From the NCBI GenBank assembly GCA_002269645.1, contig NIVC01000376.1:558001-622000 (forward strand): a stretch of DNA of 64,000 nt. The letters are read 5' to 3'. This document shows, one piece after another, positions 26,057-47,741 of this stretch. The notes below the pieces were generated by a model. It was not told the origin of the DNA, searched no databases, and worked only from the letters and a program-made list of their open reading frames with translations. The position numbers were made by a program, and so were the translations under genes. The stretch is from Macrostomum lignano. Its lineage: Eukaryota. Position 1 is the stretch's first letter. Each line of letters starts with the position of its first letter.

Positions 26057-27132
26057 ATGCAAGAAAAAATTTACATTGTTTTGCTTGTCCTGCAAGCAGC
26101 CAGTGTGCAGATGCAGGAATCATATTTGATGGAAACTTTCAAGCTAACTCTTGTCCGCCTCTGCCTGCGGCCGGAGTTCGTCCGAGCTCCCCTAGGAGTG
26201 ACGCCTTACCTAAAAGTCGCTTGCGCCAGCGCTTGCAGCCGCTCGCCTCGCTGCCGAGCCTTCCGTCTGGAGCCCGACTCCGGCCAGTGTTGGACCTTCG
26301 AGTTCGACAGCTGCAGCCACCGAGCCAACCTGGACAGCTGCAGCCAGTTCGACGTCTGGCCGGACTGTCCGACGGACGGGTGTGTCCGGACGGCTACGGC
26401 AACCGGCATTTCAGCTCCACGTACAGGTATGCGGGCTCAGAGTCTCGCGGCTATGAGCACTCAAATGTGTTTTAGATTGCCAATCCATCATGCCGAGCTT
26501 ATGAGGCGTTAAGGTAAGAATGAGATCATAAAAAGCATATAGGTGTTCAAAGCCGGATGCGGATGCGGATGCGGATGCGGATGCGGATGCGGATGCGGAT
26601 GCGGATGCGGATGCGGATGCAGATGCGGATGCGGATGCGGATGCGGATGCGGATGCGGATGCGGATGCGGATGCGGATGCGGATGCGGATGCGGACGCGG
26701 ATGCGGATGCGGATGAGAATGCCAACGCATGATGGAGGATCGCAAACCCACCACCCTAGGCTGATCCCGGCTCCCAGCTGGTCCACCGGACTCTCCATCT
26801 GCCAGGCCGAGCTCGGCCTCACGAAGTTCGCCGACGGAATCGACCGGGCCGAAGTGGACCACCTGCACTGGATCAAAACCAACGCGAACTCGGGCGCTTC
26901 GTATTTCGTCGGCGGCCACCGGGTCGGCAGTTTCGCCAGCGGCACCTGGTTCTGGCACCGCTGCAACTCGAGCTTCCTGCCCGAGGTTTGGCTGCCCGGA
27001 CAGCCGAACCACGGCGATAACTACGATAAGACCAACATCTGGAGTAGTCACGTGACTGGTATCGATGACGTATCGAACACGTATCCGGGCATCACAACGG
27101 CTCTGTGCGAGTGCGTCAATCCGTTCGAGTGA
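26057..27132 (+). pseudogene. PAN + C-type lectin gene copy 2, frameshifted (pseudogene or PAN-only product)
   Basis: Inverted paralogue of copy 1 at ~96% identity over the mature region. Exon 1 26057-26426, exon 2 26760-27132. A 16-nt deletion (GGCTGGGCCTTCGTTC) at ~26350 shifts the frame, so the spliced message stops at the first full codon of exon 2. Confidence 0.8.
26553..26715 (+). repeat. (GCGGAT)n hexamer in the intron of lectin copy 2
   Basis: Read directly. Confidence 0.95.
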
Positions 27133-29007
27133 CGACAGAATTGCGACTGATAGCAAGCGGCCTCTTGAATACTTCAAATTAAAATTTTTAATTCAATGAA
27201 ATCAGGCAAAATTAGGCTAAAATAGATTGAAGTGACTTCTCCACAGTCATCACACAAGATACAATGGCTTTTCCACGATCATGACAATAGCAAGAGAATG
27301 CAATCCAGGAAGACAGTAAAATATACTAGCATAAAAAAGTTGTTTAATGCACGAAAATAATCAAAGTTTTTATGTTTTGCCTAGCAACAAGCCAAAGAAG
27401 AAACTATAGAATTTGAAAAAAAGAAGAAATAAGAATGGAAACAATGGACGAATGCATCATAAATTTGAAGGAAATGAATCGACTAATGCAGATTAATAGA
27501 AAGTGAAAAAAGATTTGACAAATTCATCCTGTCTCGTAAACAGTTTTTTTCACTGCGTATTTTTACTTGAGTAATCTTCAAATGATAGAAACGGACTCTA
27601 ATTTATAAAATATTAGAAATTAGAGTACGATTAAAACGCATTATGTGCATTATTTTTATTGACGTAGTTGGTTTAGTTGGTAGGTTAAAATGGTTTAGTT
27701 AGTTAAAGTATAATTCACGTGAAATTGGTTAGCTACTAGAGATTAAACGGTTGTTACCCGATTTCATCTACTGTTAGCAGTAGTATACAACGAGCTTACT
27801 GCAGGTCTTTCTGTAGCTTGTCGGTGACAATCGGCTGTAAGGTTTCGTCGAGTTTAGAATTAGAATAGGAAAGTTTGATATTTAAAAGATACTATATATT
27901 TATCCGCATATTCGCATATTTAAATGATGAAATTATACACAGCCCATTTATACTCGTTTTCAATAGCCTGTTTTGGTGAAAAAATTAATTCTATGAAATC
28001 TGTCTGATGTATCTCAATGCGTTCGCTGAAGTCTAATATTCATAGTAGCTTAAAATGTCTGACTGATTTCTTGATGTACAAACTGCCTTTTCAGCTATTT
28101 TGAGTAGACTGTTACGCCAAAAAGAATGGGAATTCAAAATTTACAGAGATTATCATAGCTTCTAGCCTAAAAGTACTCCAGGACATGAGAAACATCGTGT
28201 TGGCTGAGTGAGTACGGCGGAGTATTTTGTTTGGTAGGAAGTCTTGGAGTTTCTGTAGCTTATATGTTATGAGGAAGTAGCGATAAAAGACGCGAGATAA
28301 ATATAAATCTGTAATACTAAATAGTATCTCCCGTTTGCAACAGATTCTGCTAACAGATATGATTTATTCATTGGAAAATGCTATTAATTTAGTGTACTAT
28401 ATTTAGTATATGTGGATTTTACTGAGCTCAGGAGCCAGCTGACATCCTGCTACGCTCGTATTGCAAGACGATTGCAGGCTTGCGATAAAGAACTATGTAC
28501 GTACAGGATATCGGCTGTTGAATTTGGAAGCACGTCAGAACGTATCAACAAAATTGGAAAAAAAGTTACTATAGCTATTACAAAGAGATAAGCTAATCCT
28601 GAGTTGGCAAAAAAGCATTTTGTTTAACTTTCCATCGCATTTTTCTCAACGATTCCCCATCATTGAAGCTGAAGCAATTTAGTTAATCAGGACTTTGTGC
28701 AAAATAGGATCCTCGCCCTCGCGTCTGACCCTCGCGTCAAAGTTCCTTCGTGGATTCGATTCTGAGAGCTACCAATTTCATTTGGGATTCATGCTCATAA
28801 TAGCCATCCCCCAAGACGCAGATTATGTACATATGCTTATACGATGAGATAGTCGGCCCGCTGTACATATGTGCCTGTGTGTGCTCAGAGGTCGACTGTG
28901 TTCGAAGTCCTGCTGCAAACAGCTCAAAACATATTCTGCTGCAATTTTGCATTAGATTAAGTCATTCGTAAAACATTTAGTATTTCAAAGAAGTCATTGG
29001 TAGCCTT

Positions 29008-30057
29008 TCAAGAGTCGCCTTGAAACTTAGAAACCAGCTGCTTCACCCTTGTTGACGTGCCGGAAGTGCCACTGGTGCCGCCTCCGCCAGGACCGTCGCC
29101 CCTTTGTCGACGCCTTCGTCTCAATTCTGCCGGAGCCGCTTCGAAGGATCGACTAGGCGTCAGCCGATCTGGCGGCACATAGGCGTAGGGCGACTCCGGC
29201 AGACGAACTGACGGTCGCTCCGCTGTCATCGACGCAGAGCAATCGGCGTCCGTCTCCGGCTTCTCGGCAACTACTCGGACGACTGCGCCGTTTTGATCGC
29301 CAGCTTCTGGCAGCAGTGCCAGAGTTTGAGTCCGCTCCGCAGGGTGAAGCTGTTGGTCGGTTGGCGAGGCCTCCTCGCTCAGCAGGTAAGCTACAGGATA
29401 ATAGTTGTCAGCTGATTGAAACCGGCGCGTTTGGCAGCTGGGCGGATTCTGCTGTTGCGGTTGCGGTTGCGCCGGCGCCTGACTGTCTCGGAGGTGATAG
29501 TTGGGCGTGAGCATCTAAAGTAGTGGCCAGTCTGACTCTGGCGTCAAAGTACAGAGCACAAAACCAACTAGCATGTAGATGAGAAACTGTTACTTTCAAA
29601 GTTTTTGGAAGTATTTGTAAATCTACCTTGTCGACAGCTGCTGGTGGGCTTCAAAAACTTCAGTTGGCTCGTCCGAATGAAACAGGCTGAACAGCTTTCC
29701 TCGTCTTGGTCGCCGCAACTGATGCGGCTGCTTCATCAGCAAGCCAACTGGAGTTGGCGGCTGCTGACTGGCAGCTGAGCTGTACCGTCTTGGCTGCTGA
29801 CGAGTTTCTGAATGCAACAGCTGCATTGTAGAGTCGCTGCTGGCTGAACGATGCATCTGCAATGTCGGTTCCGCCTTCGTCTCCGGTTTATCACCGTCAG
29901 GTGCTCCTTGATCTGTCAGTCGCATCTCACTTTCCTTTTTTGTCTCAACTTGAGTCTCTCCATGCATCTCGACCTTCTTCTCTGTCTCGCCTTGAGCATC
30001 TACTCGAAATCCTTGAATATTTCCTTGGAACTTTGAAGCAGCTGTGTGAACTGGCAT
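29008..30057 (-). CDS. Probable exons of an uncharacterised low-complexity protein
   Basis: Two GC-rich, protein-like ORFs (29623-30057 and 29008-29514) with a donor AAG|gtagat at 29627/29626. Exon phases do not join cleanly, so the structure is uncertain. Confidence 0.5.
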
Positions 30058-30924
30058 CTCGCGTCCATCTTGTTTTGTCTCTTACCAAAAGAAAACCAAC
30101 TGTTCAAGTCGGCCTCCATTAAGAGCTCGCCCGGCCAACCATGGTACTCTATAGTTCGAGCATTGTTGACTTAGCTCAAGCTCTTGTTCAGTTTTTCTTT
30201 TGAGCGAATAAATGGCATTCAAAAGAAGTGCTGAGGCTGTGTCAATAGAGGCTGTTCTGACGAGGTTTTGTCATTCAGTACCTATAAATAACAAAGGTCT
30301 AATCTTGATAACTACACACCGCAAGCGTTTCGTCATTCAAATTTATTTTTCTTTCAATAGTTGATATGGAAAATCACACTTTTTGTCGGATTTGCACAGA
30401 AGACAGACAGTGTAGGTCAGCAGTTTTTGATGAAATATCGTCACAGCCTCACAGTAATTGATCGGCGCAGTTCAGACTAGAAAAAAGTAGCTATCGATGA
30501 GACACACAGGCCAACTGCCCAATATAGATTTAGCTTCTCTCATTAAACAGCCGGTCTATTTTTACCGAAAGGGAATAATTGTGTCGGTGAAACACAACAC
30601 CCTTTGTTAGTCAGCTGACAGCTCGATAATGTGGGGTATTGAGTTCAGTCCAGAGCTTGATTAACGGGCTATGACCGAAAATATCAGTGGCTTCGAATTG
30701 ATTTATCCTTGTTCTGCGACCAAACTCTACGAAAAGCAGAAAAACGTCTTATTTACATTTTCAACCAAAATCACTTTTAGAAAAAGTGCACCAAGGATGG
30801 AAACTGTAGGTTGTGACTTTGAGGACACGGCAACAGGGGACTTCTGATTTTTGACCCTTATGTGCGCTCTTAGCTCTAGAATTAAATAGACATCAGACAC
30901 AGTATTCAGACCTAAGGACGGATG

Positions 30925-31280
<356 letters not shown>

Positions 31281-31859
31281 GGAGTGCACTCTGAACTGGA
31301 TTATTCGATCCGTAGTCAAGCGCAGTTCATCCGATCCTATTTTTTCTTCACTTTCTCAAACATTTCCCTTTCGCATCTCTCTACTTCTTCGTCTGCAGGG
31401 ATCTCCTCCCCAAATCCTGGGCGATTTAATGAGTACCGCGACCCACCGGCTTTGAATACCCTCGGACTTCTCATCCCATCCCTTACCTAAGTACTCGGAT
31501 TTCGAGATCAGTTGTCATGGACAACCGTTAAATGATCCCTTGAGCACCTGCCCTGCCCTGCTCATCCGCATAGGACTGAGAACAGCTGTCTCTGTGCGAT
31601 CGCATTTCTGACCTTCTTTAGCAATCGAATCTGGGTCTCAAGGAGAATGACAGTTTCCCAGGGCCGAAGTGGACGAGATTTTTTGTCAAAAGTCTTCCTT
31701 GTAGCGATGGTAGTCTACTTTGAAGCTATTGTGACAATTTATAGCCTTACATTCCATAGATTAGAAGTCTACAGATTTTGGGTTATGATGTAAATTAAGA
31801 TCTTTTATTATTTAAAATCGATTTTTATATTATAATAAAGTCTATGGATAACAGCCTAT

Positions 31860-32690
31860 AATCTGTAGTTTACAGTCTAAATTCTATGGTTTACAGTCTA
31901 CAGCCGATGGTATACAGTCTATAGCCTATGGTTTACAGTCTATAGCCTATGGTTTACAGTCTATAGCCTATGGTTTACAGTCTATAGCCTATGGTTTACA
32001 GTCTATAGCCTATGGTTTACAGTCTATAGCCTATGGTTTACAGTCTATAGCCTATGGTTTACAGTCTATAGCCTATGGTTTACAGTCTATAGCCTATGGT
32101 TTACAGTCTATAGCCTATGGTTTACAGTCTATAGCCTATGGTTTACAGTCTATAGCCTATGGTTTACAGTCTATAGCCTATGGTTTACAGTCTATAGCCT
32201 ATGGTTTACAGTCTATAGCCTATGGTTTACAGTCTATAGCCTATGGTTTACAGTCTATAGCCTATGGTTTACAGTCTATAGTCTATGGTTTACAGTCTAC
32301 AGTCTATGGTTTACAGCCTATAGTCTGTAGTTTACAGTCTAAATTCTATGGTTTACAGTCTACAGCCGATGTTATACAGTCTATAGCCTATGGTTTACAG
32401 TCTACAGTCTATGGTTTACAGCCTATAGTCTGTAGTTTACAGTCTAAATTCTATGGTTTACAGTCTACAGCCGATGTTATACAGTCTATAGCCTATGGTT
32501 TACAGTCTACAGTCTATGGTTTTCTACAGTCTATGGTTTACAGTCTACAGTCTACGATTTACAGCCTATAGTCTTTGTTTTACAGCCTATAGTCTTTGGT
32601 TTATAGTCTACAACCTATGGTTTACAGTCTTACAGTCTTCATTCGATGGTTTACAGTCTACAGTCGATGGCTTAAATAGTCTATAGTCTA
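31860..32690 (+). repeat. 21-bp minisatellite (TATAGCCTATGGTTTACAGTC)n with degenerate flanks
   Basis: About 17 perfect copies at ~31915-32280, with variant units on both sides. Confidence 0.97.
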
Positions 32691-33831
32691 TGAGTGTGGG
32701 TGTCAAAAATAAATAGAATTCAGTTTTTAATAATTACGTAGTTTATAGCCTAAAGATATTTTTTATCATCTAAATTCGGTAACTTTGAAAGTCTATAAAT
32801 ATCCAAAATCTAAATTTACAACTCAGGTTTATCCGTGACGTTATCGAGCATTAATATATTTCCTATAATAAATGGATAATCCTGCTTGCAACTGGACAAA
32901 GCGACATGAATAGGCAAGCATAGTTATGGCTTATGTTATCATCACTATAGCTGCTCGTATTGGAACACTGTAGAATTAAAAATAAATTTCCAGATCCAAG
33001 AGCCGGTCAAAGGGACGCCCTTTTTTCAAGACAAAGAAGCGACTCACTCTCTCCCAGGACTGGAACTGTGTGTGCGGCCAATGTCGCCTTCACAGCTGTG
33101 CAATTAGGCAGAAAGACTCGCTCTAGAGTGACACGAAAGATAAGAAAAAGAAGACTCAAAAAAGACTGACCGGCCGACTACCTGGGGACACGTAGGGGAA
33201 TTGCATCGCCCCTCTCCCTTCGTTTCTGCCTCACCCAGCTCACATGATTGGGATATTTTTAGCGCACATCCTGTGTGTGTCCCCCTAACTCGGCCCCAAG
33301 TTCGAATTCTCTTCTCTTCATATCATGCCCCCTACTCGGGTCAACCCATGCCAAGGAGATCTTGGAGGGACCGTCTGGATTACAGATCGTCAGGGTTGTA
33401 CTCGTACATTTGCTGTGACCTATAGGTTTTTAATCTGTGTACTTTTGCACTACACTTGGAGACGTTACTACAGAGCTAGTCTGTCACTGTTTAGAACGCG
33501 GGAAAATGATCAATTTACTGACAAAGGATCAATTCTTAGAAGTATTGGAAGTTAAGTAATCAATGAAACTCCACTCTTTGCGTGCTTCTTACTAGAGTTT
33601 CGAGCTCAAGGAAAGTTTCCAACCCGAATTCTGTAGTCTAGAGATGCCCTCAGTTCACCTCAAGGCCAGGGCCCAAGCCAAGCATCCCGTCTTAGTGCCA
33701 AAAAAATTGAAGCCGAACTCACATTAACCCGCTGCTCAGGCTCCTGCTGATTCCTCATCCTTCTCTGCATCCCCATCTTTCTATCTTGCAGCCAATCGGA
33801 AACGGCTGATCAAGCGGGTGTGCAAGGAAGC

Positions 33832-33896
<65 letters not shown>

Positions 33897-33969
33897 GCTA
33901 TAAACCCGACAGAGTCCCCATCCGCCTCCAGTTTTCACTGACGCAGCCAAGTGATTCACAAACCACCGG

Positions 33970-35019
33970 ATGTCCGGGCATCGACTCTGCCGCGGCTGCC
34001 TGAGCGGTCGCAGGAGGAAGAACCGAGACGCCTGTCTGGCGTCACTGCTGGCCTCTTCGCTGCTTGCGCTGGGCATCGGCGCAGCGCTGTGGGTCCTGGG
34101 CTCGGCGCAGAGCTCGCTGTCTCAAGTCGGCGTCGGCATCGCCCTGACGGTCTGCGGCTGCCTGATGGCGGGCACCGCGGCGAGCCTCCTCATCGTCACC
34201 CGCTGTTGCTTCAGCGATCAGGTTCGGGGCCAGGCTGACAGCGCCGAGAACAATGACTGTTTTGACTGCGACTGCTGCCTGCAGAGGCGCTGGACAAAAC
34301 AATCCACCGGTCGAGTTGGCGACCTCGCCGAAAACGCAGCAACCGGCAGCGGAAACGGTTCGGGCCGAGTGCGCATCACGGTGACTCGTAGCCGGTCGGA
34401 GGAGCGTCTGGACCAGAGCATCGAGGACGCCATTCTCCGCCTACACATGTCGCGTCCACGAAAATCCTCGTTGAAGGTCTCGACAGGCGGCAGCGAATCT
34501 CCGCTGTCTCGCGGCTCAGAGGACATCAGCCAGCTGCGCCAGCAGCAGCAGCAGCAGCCGCGGAATCATGTCCGATTCAGCGACTCTGACGAGATGTCAC
34601 CAACTTCGGAGGCGCGACAGAACATTAGTCTGTCGTCGCGAAGGTCGTCAGCTGAGGACAACGACTCTGTGTTCATCGTCGAGACCGACGGCAACTGCTT
34701 GCCTTCGCATCCAGCTGCGAACGCTCCCTCAGTGGCGGCGACGGCGGTGAAAAACGTCCAGTCTGAGGTGGAGCAGATGGAGATCAACGCCGAGGAGCTG
34801 CTGCGTCGGTCTCGAACCGTTTCTGTCAAGGCGGCCAAGTCAATGTCCCTCCCCGAGCCGGTGTCCGACCGGCGCCAGGACAGGAAAAAGAAGAAGAAAA
34901 AGCAGCAGCGCAAAGAGAAGCAGAAGCAGCAGCAGCAGCAGCAGCAGCTCAGTGATTCTTCGATTGCAAACGCGTTGACAGCTAAGAAAACCAGCAGCGT
35001 TGAGTCCGAGAACTCTTAA
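33970..35019 (+). CDS. Uncharacterised membrane protein: two N-terminal TM helices, Cys-rich juxtamembrane region, long disordered tail (349 aa)
   Basis: Intact GC-rich ORF. Hydrophobic segments ACLASLLASSLLALGIGAALWVLG and VGVGIALTVCGCLMAGTAASLLIV. (GA)n at ~33836-33893 upstream. Confidence 0.75.
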   Translation: MSGHRLCRGCLSGRRRKNRDACLASLLASSLLALGIGAALWVLGSAQSSLSQVGVGIALTVCGCLMAGTAASLLIVTRCCFSDQVRGQADSAENNDCFDCDCCLQRRWTKQSTGRVGDLAENAATGSGNGSGRVRITVTRSRSEERLDQSIEDAILRLHMSRPRKSSLKVSTGGSESPLSRGSEDISQLRQQQQQQPRNHVRFSDSDEMSPTSEARQNISLSSRRSSAEDNDSVFIVETDGNCLPSHPAANAPSVAATAVKNVQSEVEQMEINAEELLRRSRTVSVKAAKSMSLPEPVSDRRQDRKKKKKKQQRKEKQKQQQQQQQLSDSSIANALTAKKTSSVESENS

Positions 35020-35499
35020 GCGTATGAATTATCGGGTGTTTCCCCTCGCTTCTGTTTCATACACTGGGGAACTGCAAGGAATTTAAACGCGGAGACTTCA
35101 CACTTTGAATGCGAATTGCACTACTGTAAAAGCCTTTCTGTTGCACAGCACTTCTGGTAACCAAAGTAATGCTGCCTTATTGTACTCGCGCATGTATTCT
35201 CTTCCTAAGGTATGCAATTTGTCTATCTGTTCTTGCTTTATGCTTTACAGTGTATAACTCAGAAGTGTAAATAAATGCAGATTTTTAAATAGTTAAATCA
35301 ATGAGAAGCACTTCAGAATGCAATTCAGGAGAAGTACATACTGCTCAACCAACAGGTGTCGCAGAAATTCTATCTTTGTAACTGCAAATGGCCAACAGAA
35401 CTAACAGCATGAGTTTGTGTTGGCCATGCCGATTGCATCCCTTCCATGCAGTCTCCCTCTGTAATAATCGTCGCACTTCTCAAAGACAAGCTGTGTGCA

Positions 35500-35670
35500 C
35501 CTTAGCGCACTTTAAGCGACATTGTCACACAAATGGCGAGAGGCATTGCTGCCCATTCTGCCCGACTCCCCTGACACACGCGCGGATTACGTACAAAGAC
35601 ATACGCGCAGGCCACACAGGAGTACATAGCGAATGTTCTGCGCCCTGTATCACACTGTATACAGGCAGGT
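35500..35670 (-). mobile_element. Partial SINE/LINE 3' region homologous to 62884-63025
   Basis: Shares CGCACTTTA(A/G)GCGAC...ATTGTC...GAGAGGCATT...CCGACTCCCCTGA with the 62.9-kb copy. Confidence 0.6.
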
Positions 35671-35979
35671 AAACAATTAGCAACCAAGGATCAGGCATTG
35701 TACATTGTCCAGAAGTATTAGCATCGCTATTCGTTATGGTAATTAGAAGCTCCTCAATCTATTGAGTCTGCAGTCTTCTGGAGCAGCTGATTGTGAGAAA
35801 TAGAAGTTAATTAACTCGAATTTCGAGATGCTGATGCCTGCTCCTGATTGGGAATGGGGAACTCTTAGCAGAGGCCATCTCCAGGGTCTTTTAACTTTTG
35901 GGATTTTTTGGCTAGTTTGCGTTTTCGTTCGCATGGCTGATTCCTAACTAGAGTAGCCGCTAGGCTGGGCTGTATTATG

Positions 35980-36310
35980 CACATGAATGTGCGCATGAAA
36001 TGAGTAAGTTATTTAGTGCTCATGCGTGAGTTCATGCGTGAGTTCATGCGTGAGTTCATGAGTGAGTTAATGAGTGAGTTCATGAGGGATGAGTTAATGA
36101 GTGAGTTCATGAGTGAGTTCATGTGTGAGTTCATGAGTGAGTTAATGAGTGAGTTCATGTGTGAGTTAATGTGTGAGTTAATGAGTGAGTTAATGAGGGG
36201 TGAGTTAATGAGTGAGTTCATGAGTGAGTTTATGTGTGAGTTCATGAGTGAGTTCATTATTGAGATTATGAGTGAGTTCATAAGTGCGTTTGTGAATTTA
36301 AGAGCGAATT
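35980..36310 (+). repeat. 12-bp minisatellite (ATGAGTGAGTTC/A)n
   Basis: Read directly. Confidence 0.93.
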
Positions 36311-36384
36311 CATGAATGTGTTCTTGATTTTGTTGAAGTGGCACTAAACAAAAAATTCTAATCGATCAATCAATCCATGCGTGA

Positions 36385-36790
36385 TTAACAAGCATCTATT
36401 AATAAGATGAGACAGAAACAAAGAAATTTGGGCCACCACCCAGTAGCCAACTCCTTTTGTTCCGAAAATAAATGTCCTGATTTGGAATAGCACAGCGCAG
36501 TGCACGAAGATATGGCTAAGAGCCGCTGACTGAGTTGTCCTGCATGAAGAGCTTGCGAATAAGTCTCAAGGCTAATCCCATCTAATCCCTTTGCCATTCT
36601 TCCACGAGATGGGGGCAAAGCTTTCAATACTCTTTAATCGCGACTTTGTTTCGAATTTGATCCTGCTGCCGATGCTGCTGGGCTCGGGCAGCCCGACTGA
36701 CATGCGATATGCGGGGCTGGGTGCACCGGGGCCTGACTTCGCTTCCATCAGGATGGGAGTCAAACGTGACTCCAGAGCCGTCTCAGTCGG
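36385..36790 (-). mobile_element. Decayed non-LTR retrotransposon RT N-terminal fragment
   Basis: MKALPPSRGRMAKGLDGISLETYSQAL...QRLLAI resembles the LINE KAPGxDGIxxExxK motif. Confidence 0.5.
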
Positions 36791-36862
36791 CGTGTGATTG
36801 CGGCAGCTGCCGTCGAGAAGAATTCACTTTGAGAGTTGGTTAAGAAACTGAGACTGTAAAAG

Positions 36863-36887
36863 CCTGTCTGTCTGTCTGTCTGTCTGT

Positions 36888-36924
<37 letters not shown>

Positions 36925-36939
36925 TGCCTGCCTGCCTGT

Positions 36940-36988
<49 letters not shown>

Positions 36989-38030
36989 TGTCTGTCTGTC
37001 TGTCTTAGTGTCTGTCTTAGTGCCTGTCCTAGTGTCTGTCTTAGTGTCTGTTTTAGTGCCTGTCCTAGTGTTTGTCTTAGTGTCTGTCCTAGTGTCTGTC
37101 TGTCTGTCTGTCTGTCTTAGTGTCTGTCTCAGTGTCTGTCTGTCTTAGTGTCTGTCTGTCTTAGTGTCTGTCTTAGTGCCTGTCCTAGTGTCTGTCTTAA
37201 TGTCTGTCCTAGTGTCTGTCCTAGTGTCTGTCTGTCTGTCTTAGTGTCTGTCTTAGTGCCTGTCCTAGTGTCTGTCTTAGTGTCTGTCTTAGTGCCTGTC
37301 CTAGTGTTTGTCTTAGTGTCTGTCCTAGTGTCTGTCTGTCTGTCTGTCTTAGTGTCTGTCTTAGTGTCTGTCTGTCTTAGTGTCTGTCTGTCTTAGTGTC
37401 TGTCTTAGTGCCTGTCCTAGTGTCTGTCTTAATGTCTGTCCTAGTGTCTGTCCTAGTGTCTGTCTGTCTGTCTTAGTGTCTGTCTTAGTGCCTGTCCTAG
37501 TATCTGTCTTAGTGTCTGTCTTAGTGCCTGTCCTAGTGTCTGTCTTAGTGTCTGTCCTAGTGCCTGTCTGTCTGTCTTAGTGTCTGTCTTAGTGACTGTC
37601 TGTCTTAGTGTCTGTCTGTCTTAGTGTCTGTCTTAGTGCCTGTCCTAGTGTCTGTCTTAGTGTCTGTCCTAGTGTCTGTCTTAGTGTCTGTCCTAGTGTC
37701 TGTCCTATTGTCTGTCTTAGTGTCTGTCCTAGTGTCTGTCTGTCTGTCTTAGTGTCTGTCTTAGTGGCTGTCCTAGTGTCTGTCTGTCTGTCTGTCTTAG
37801 TGTCTGTCTTAGTGCCTGTCCTAGTGTCTGTCTTAGTGTCTGTCTTAGTGTCTGTCTTAGTGCCTGTCCTAGTGTCTGTCTTAGTGTCTGTCTGTCTGTC
37901 TTAGTGTCTGTCTTAGTGCCTGTCCTAGTGTCTGTCTTTGTGTGTCCTAGTGTCTGTCTGTCTGTCTTAGTGTCTGTCTTAATGCCTGTCCTAGTGTCTG
38001 TCTTAGTGTCCGTCTTAGTGTCTGTCCTTG

Positions 38031-38104
<74 letters not shown>
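36863..38104 (+). repeat. Complex (GTCT)n/(GCCT)n satellite with 12-bp GTCTTAGTGTCT-type units
   Basis: Read directly. A ~232-bp block is duplicated (ORF starts at 37148 and 37380). Confidence 0.95.
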
Positions 38105-38106
<2 letters not shown>

Positions 38107-38822
38107 ACTCTTAGTCTTTGTTTTAATGTGTTTCTTTTTTGTCTGTATTATAAATTTACACATGTTTTTGATTAAAAAACCAACCTAATGAGCAGAGGAT
38201 TTAGCACTACTAGAAGTAGTACGAGCGAATTTAACATGAAATACGCTCGTAGTATATCGGTTCAAAGTCACTGCTGTTTAATGATAAAAGCTTTACAAAA
38301 TTCTACGCAAAGACAGCATTGGTGGAAGTAGAAAACAAGAGAAATCGTGTTTAATCGGTATTTATATTATGTATATTATTTATGTTACTATATTCTTTTA
38401 CATAAGCAAGAGATCTAATGTACATTAACTTTCTCAAAAAATTTTGGAGAACTATTTCGATGCCAATAAAATCTGACAATTCGACAGAGAAGAGTTTCCA
38501 AGATAATTTGATACAAAAAGCTGTTCAAATTGGTTCGGTAAATTTCTATTAAAGTTTTGAATAATTTAATTTCTTAGAAACCCTATAAATTGTGGACAAA
38601 TTTTGCTAGAAATTCATAGAACATTCTTGCATGTAAGGATTGATATAGTTTTCTACAAGTCTGAAAAAAGAAGAAAATTATCGCAAAAAATAAGATACAT
38701 GCAATTAATATCGAAGCAGAACGTTGCTTTCAAGTTTCTAGTAACATTTCTTAGAAATCCTGACAGGAAGTTTCTTAGAAACGAGAAAGCGGCTTTTGGT
38801 TCAATAGAACCGCAAGTTCCGG

Positions 38823-47741
<8,919 letters not shown>

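Noticed and set aside
26557-27132. 191-aa (MR)n-lectin fusion ORF
   Set aside because: The (MR)n part is the intronic hexamer repeat; a canonical acceptor exists at 26759.
27900-28350. Possible LINE C-terminal debris (similar hints at ~4100-4560, 8900-9190, 31450-31720 and 49500-50000)
   Set aside because: Similarity is by eye only, with many stops; needs a translated HMM search.
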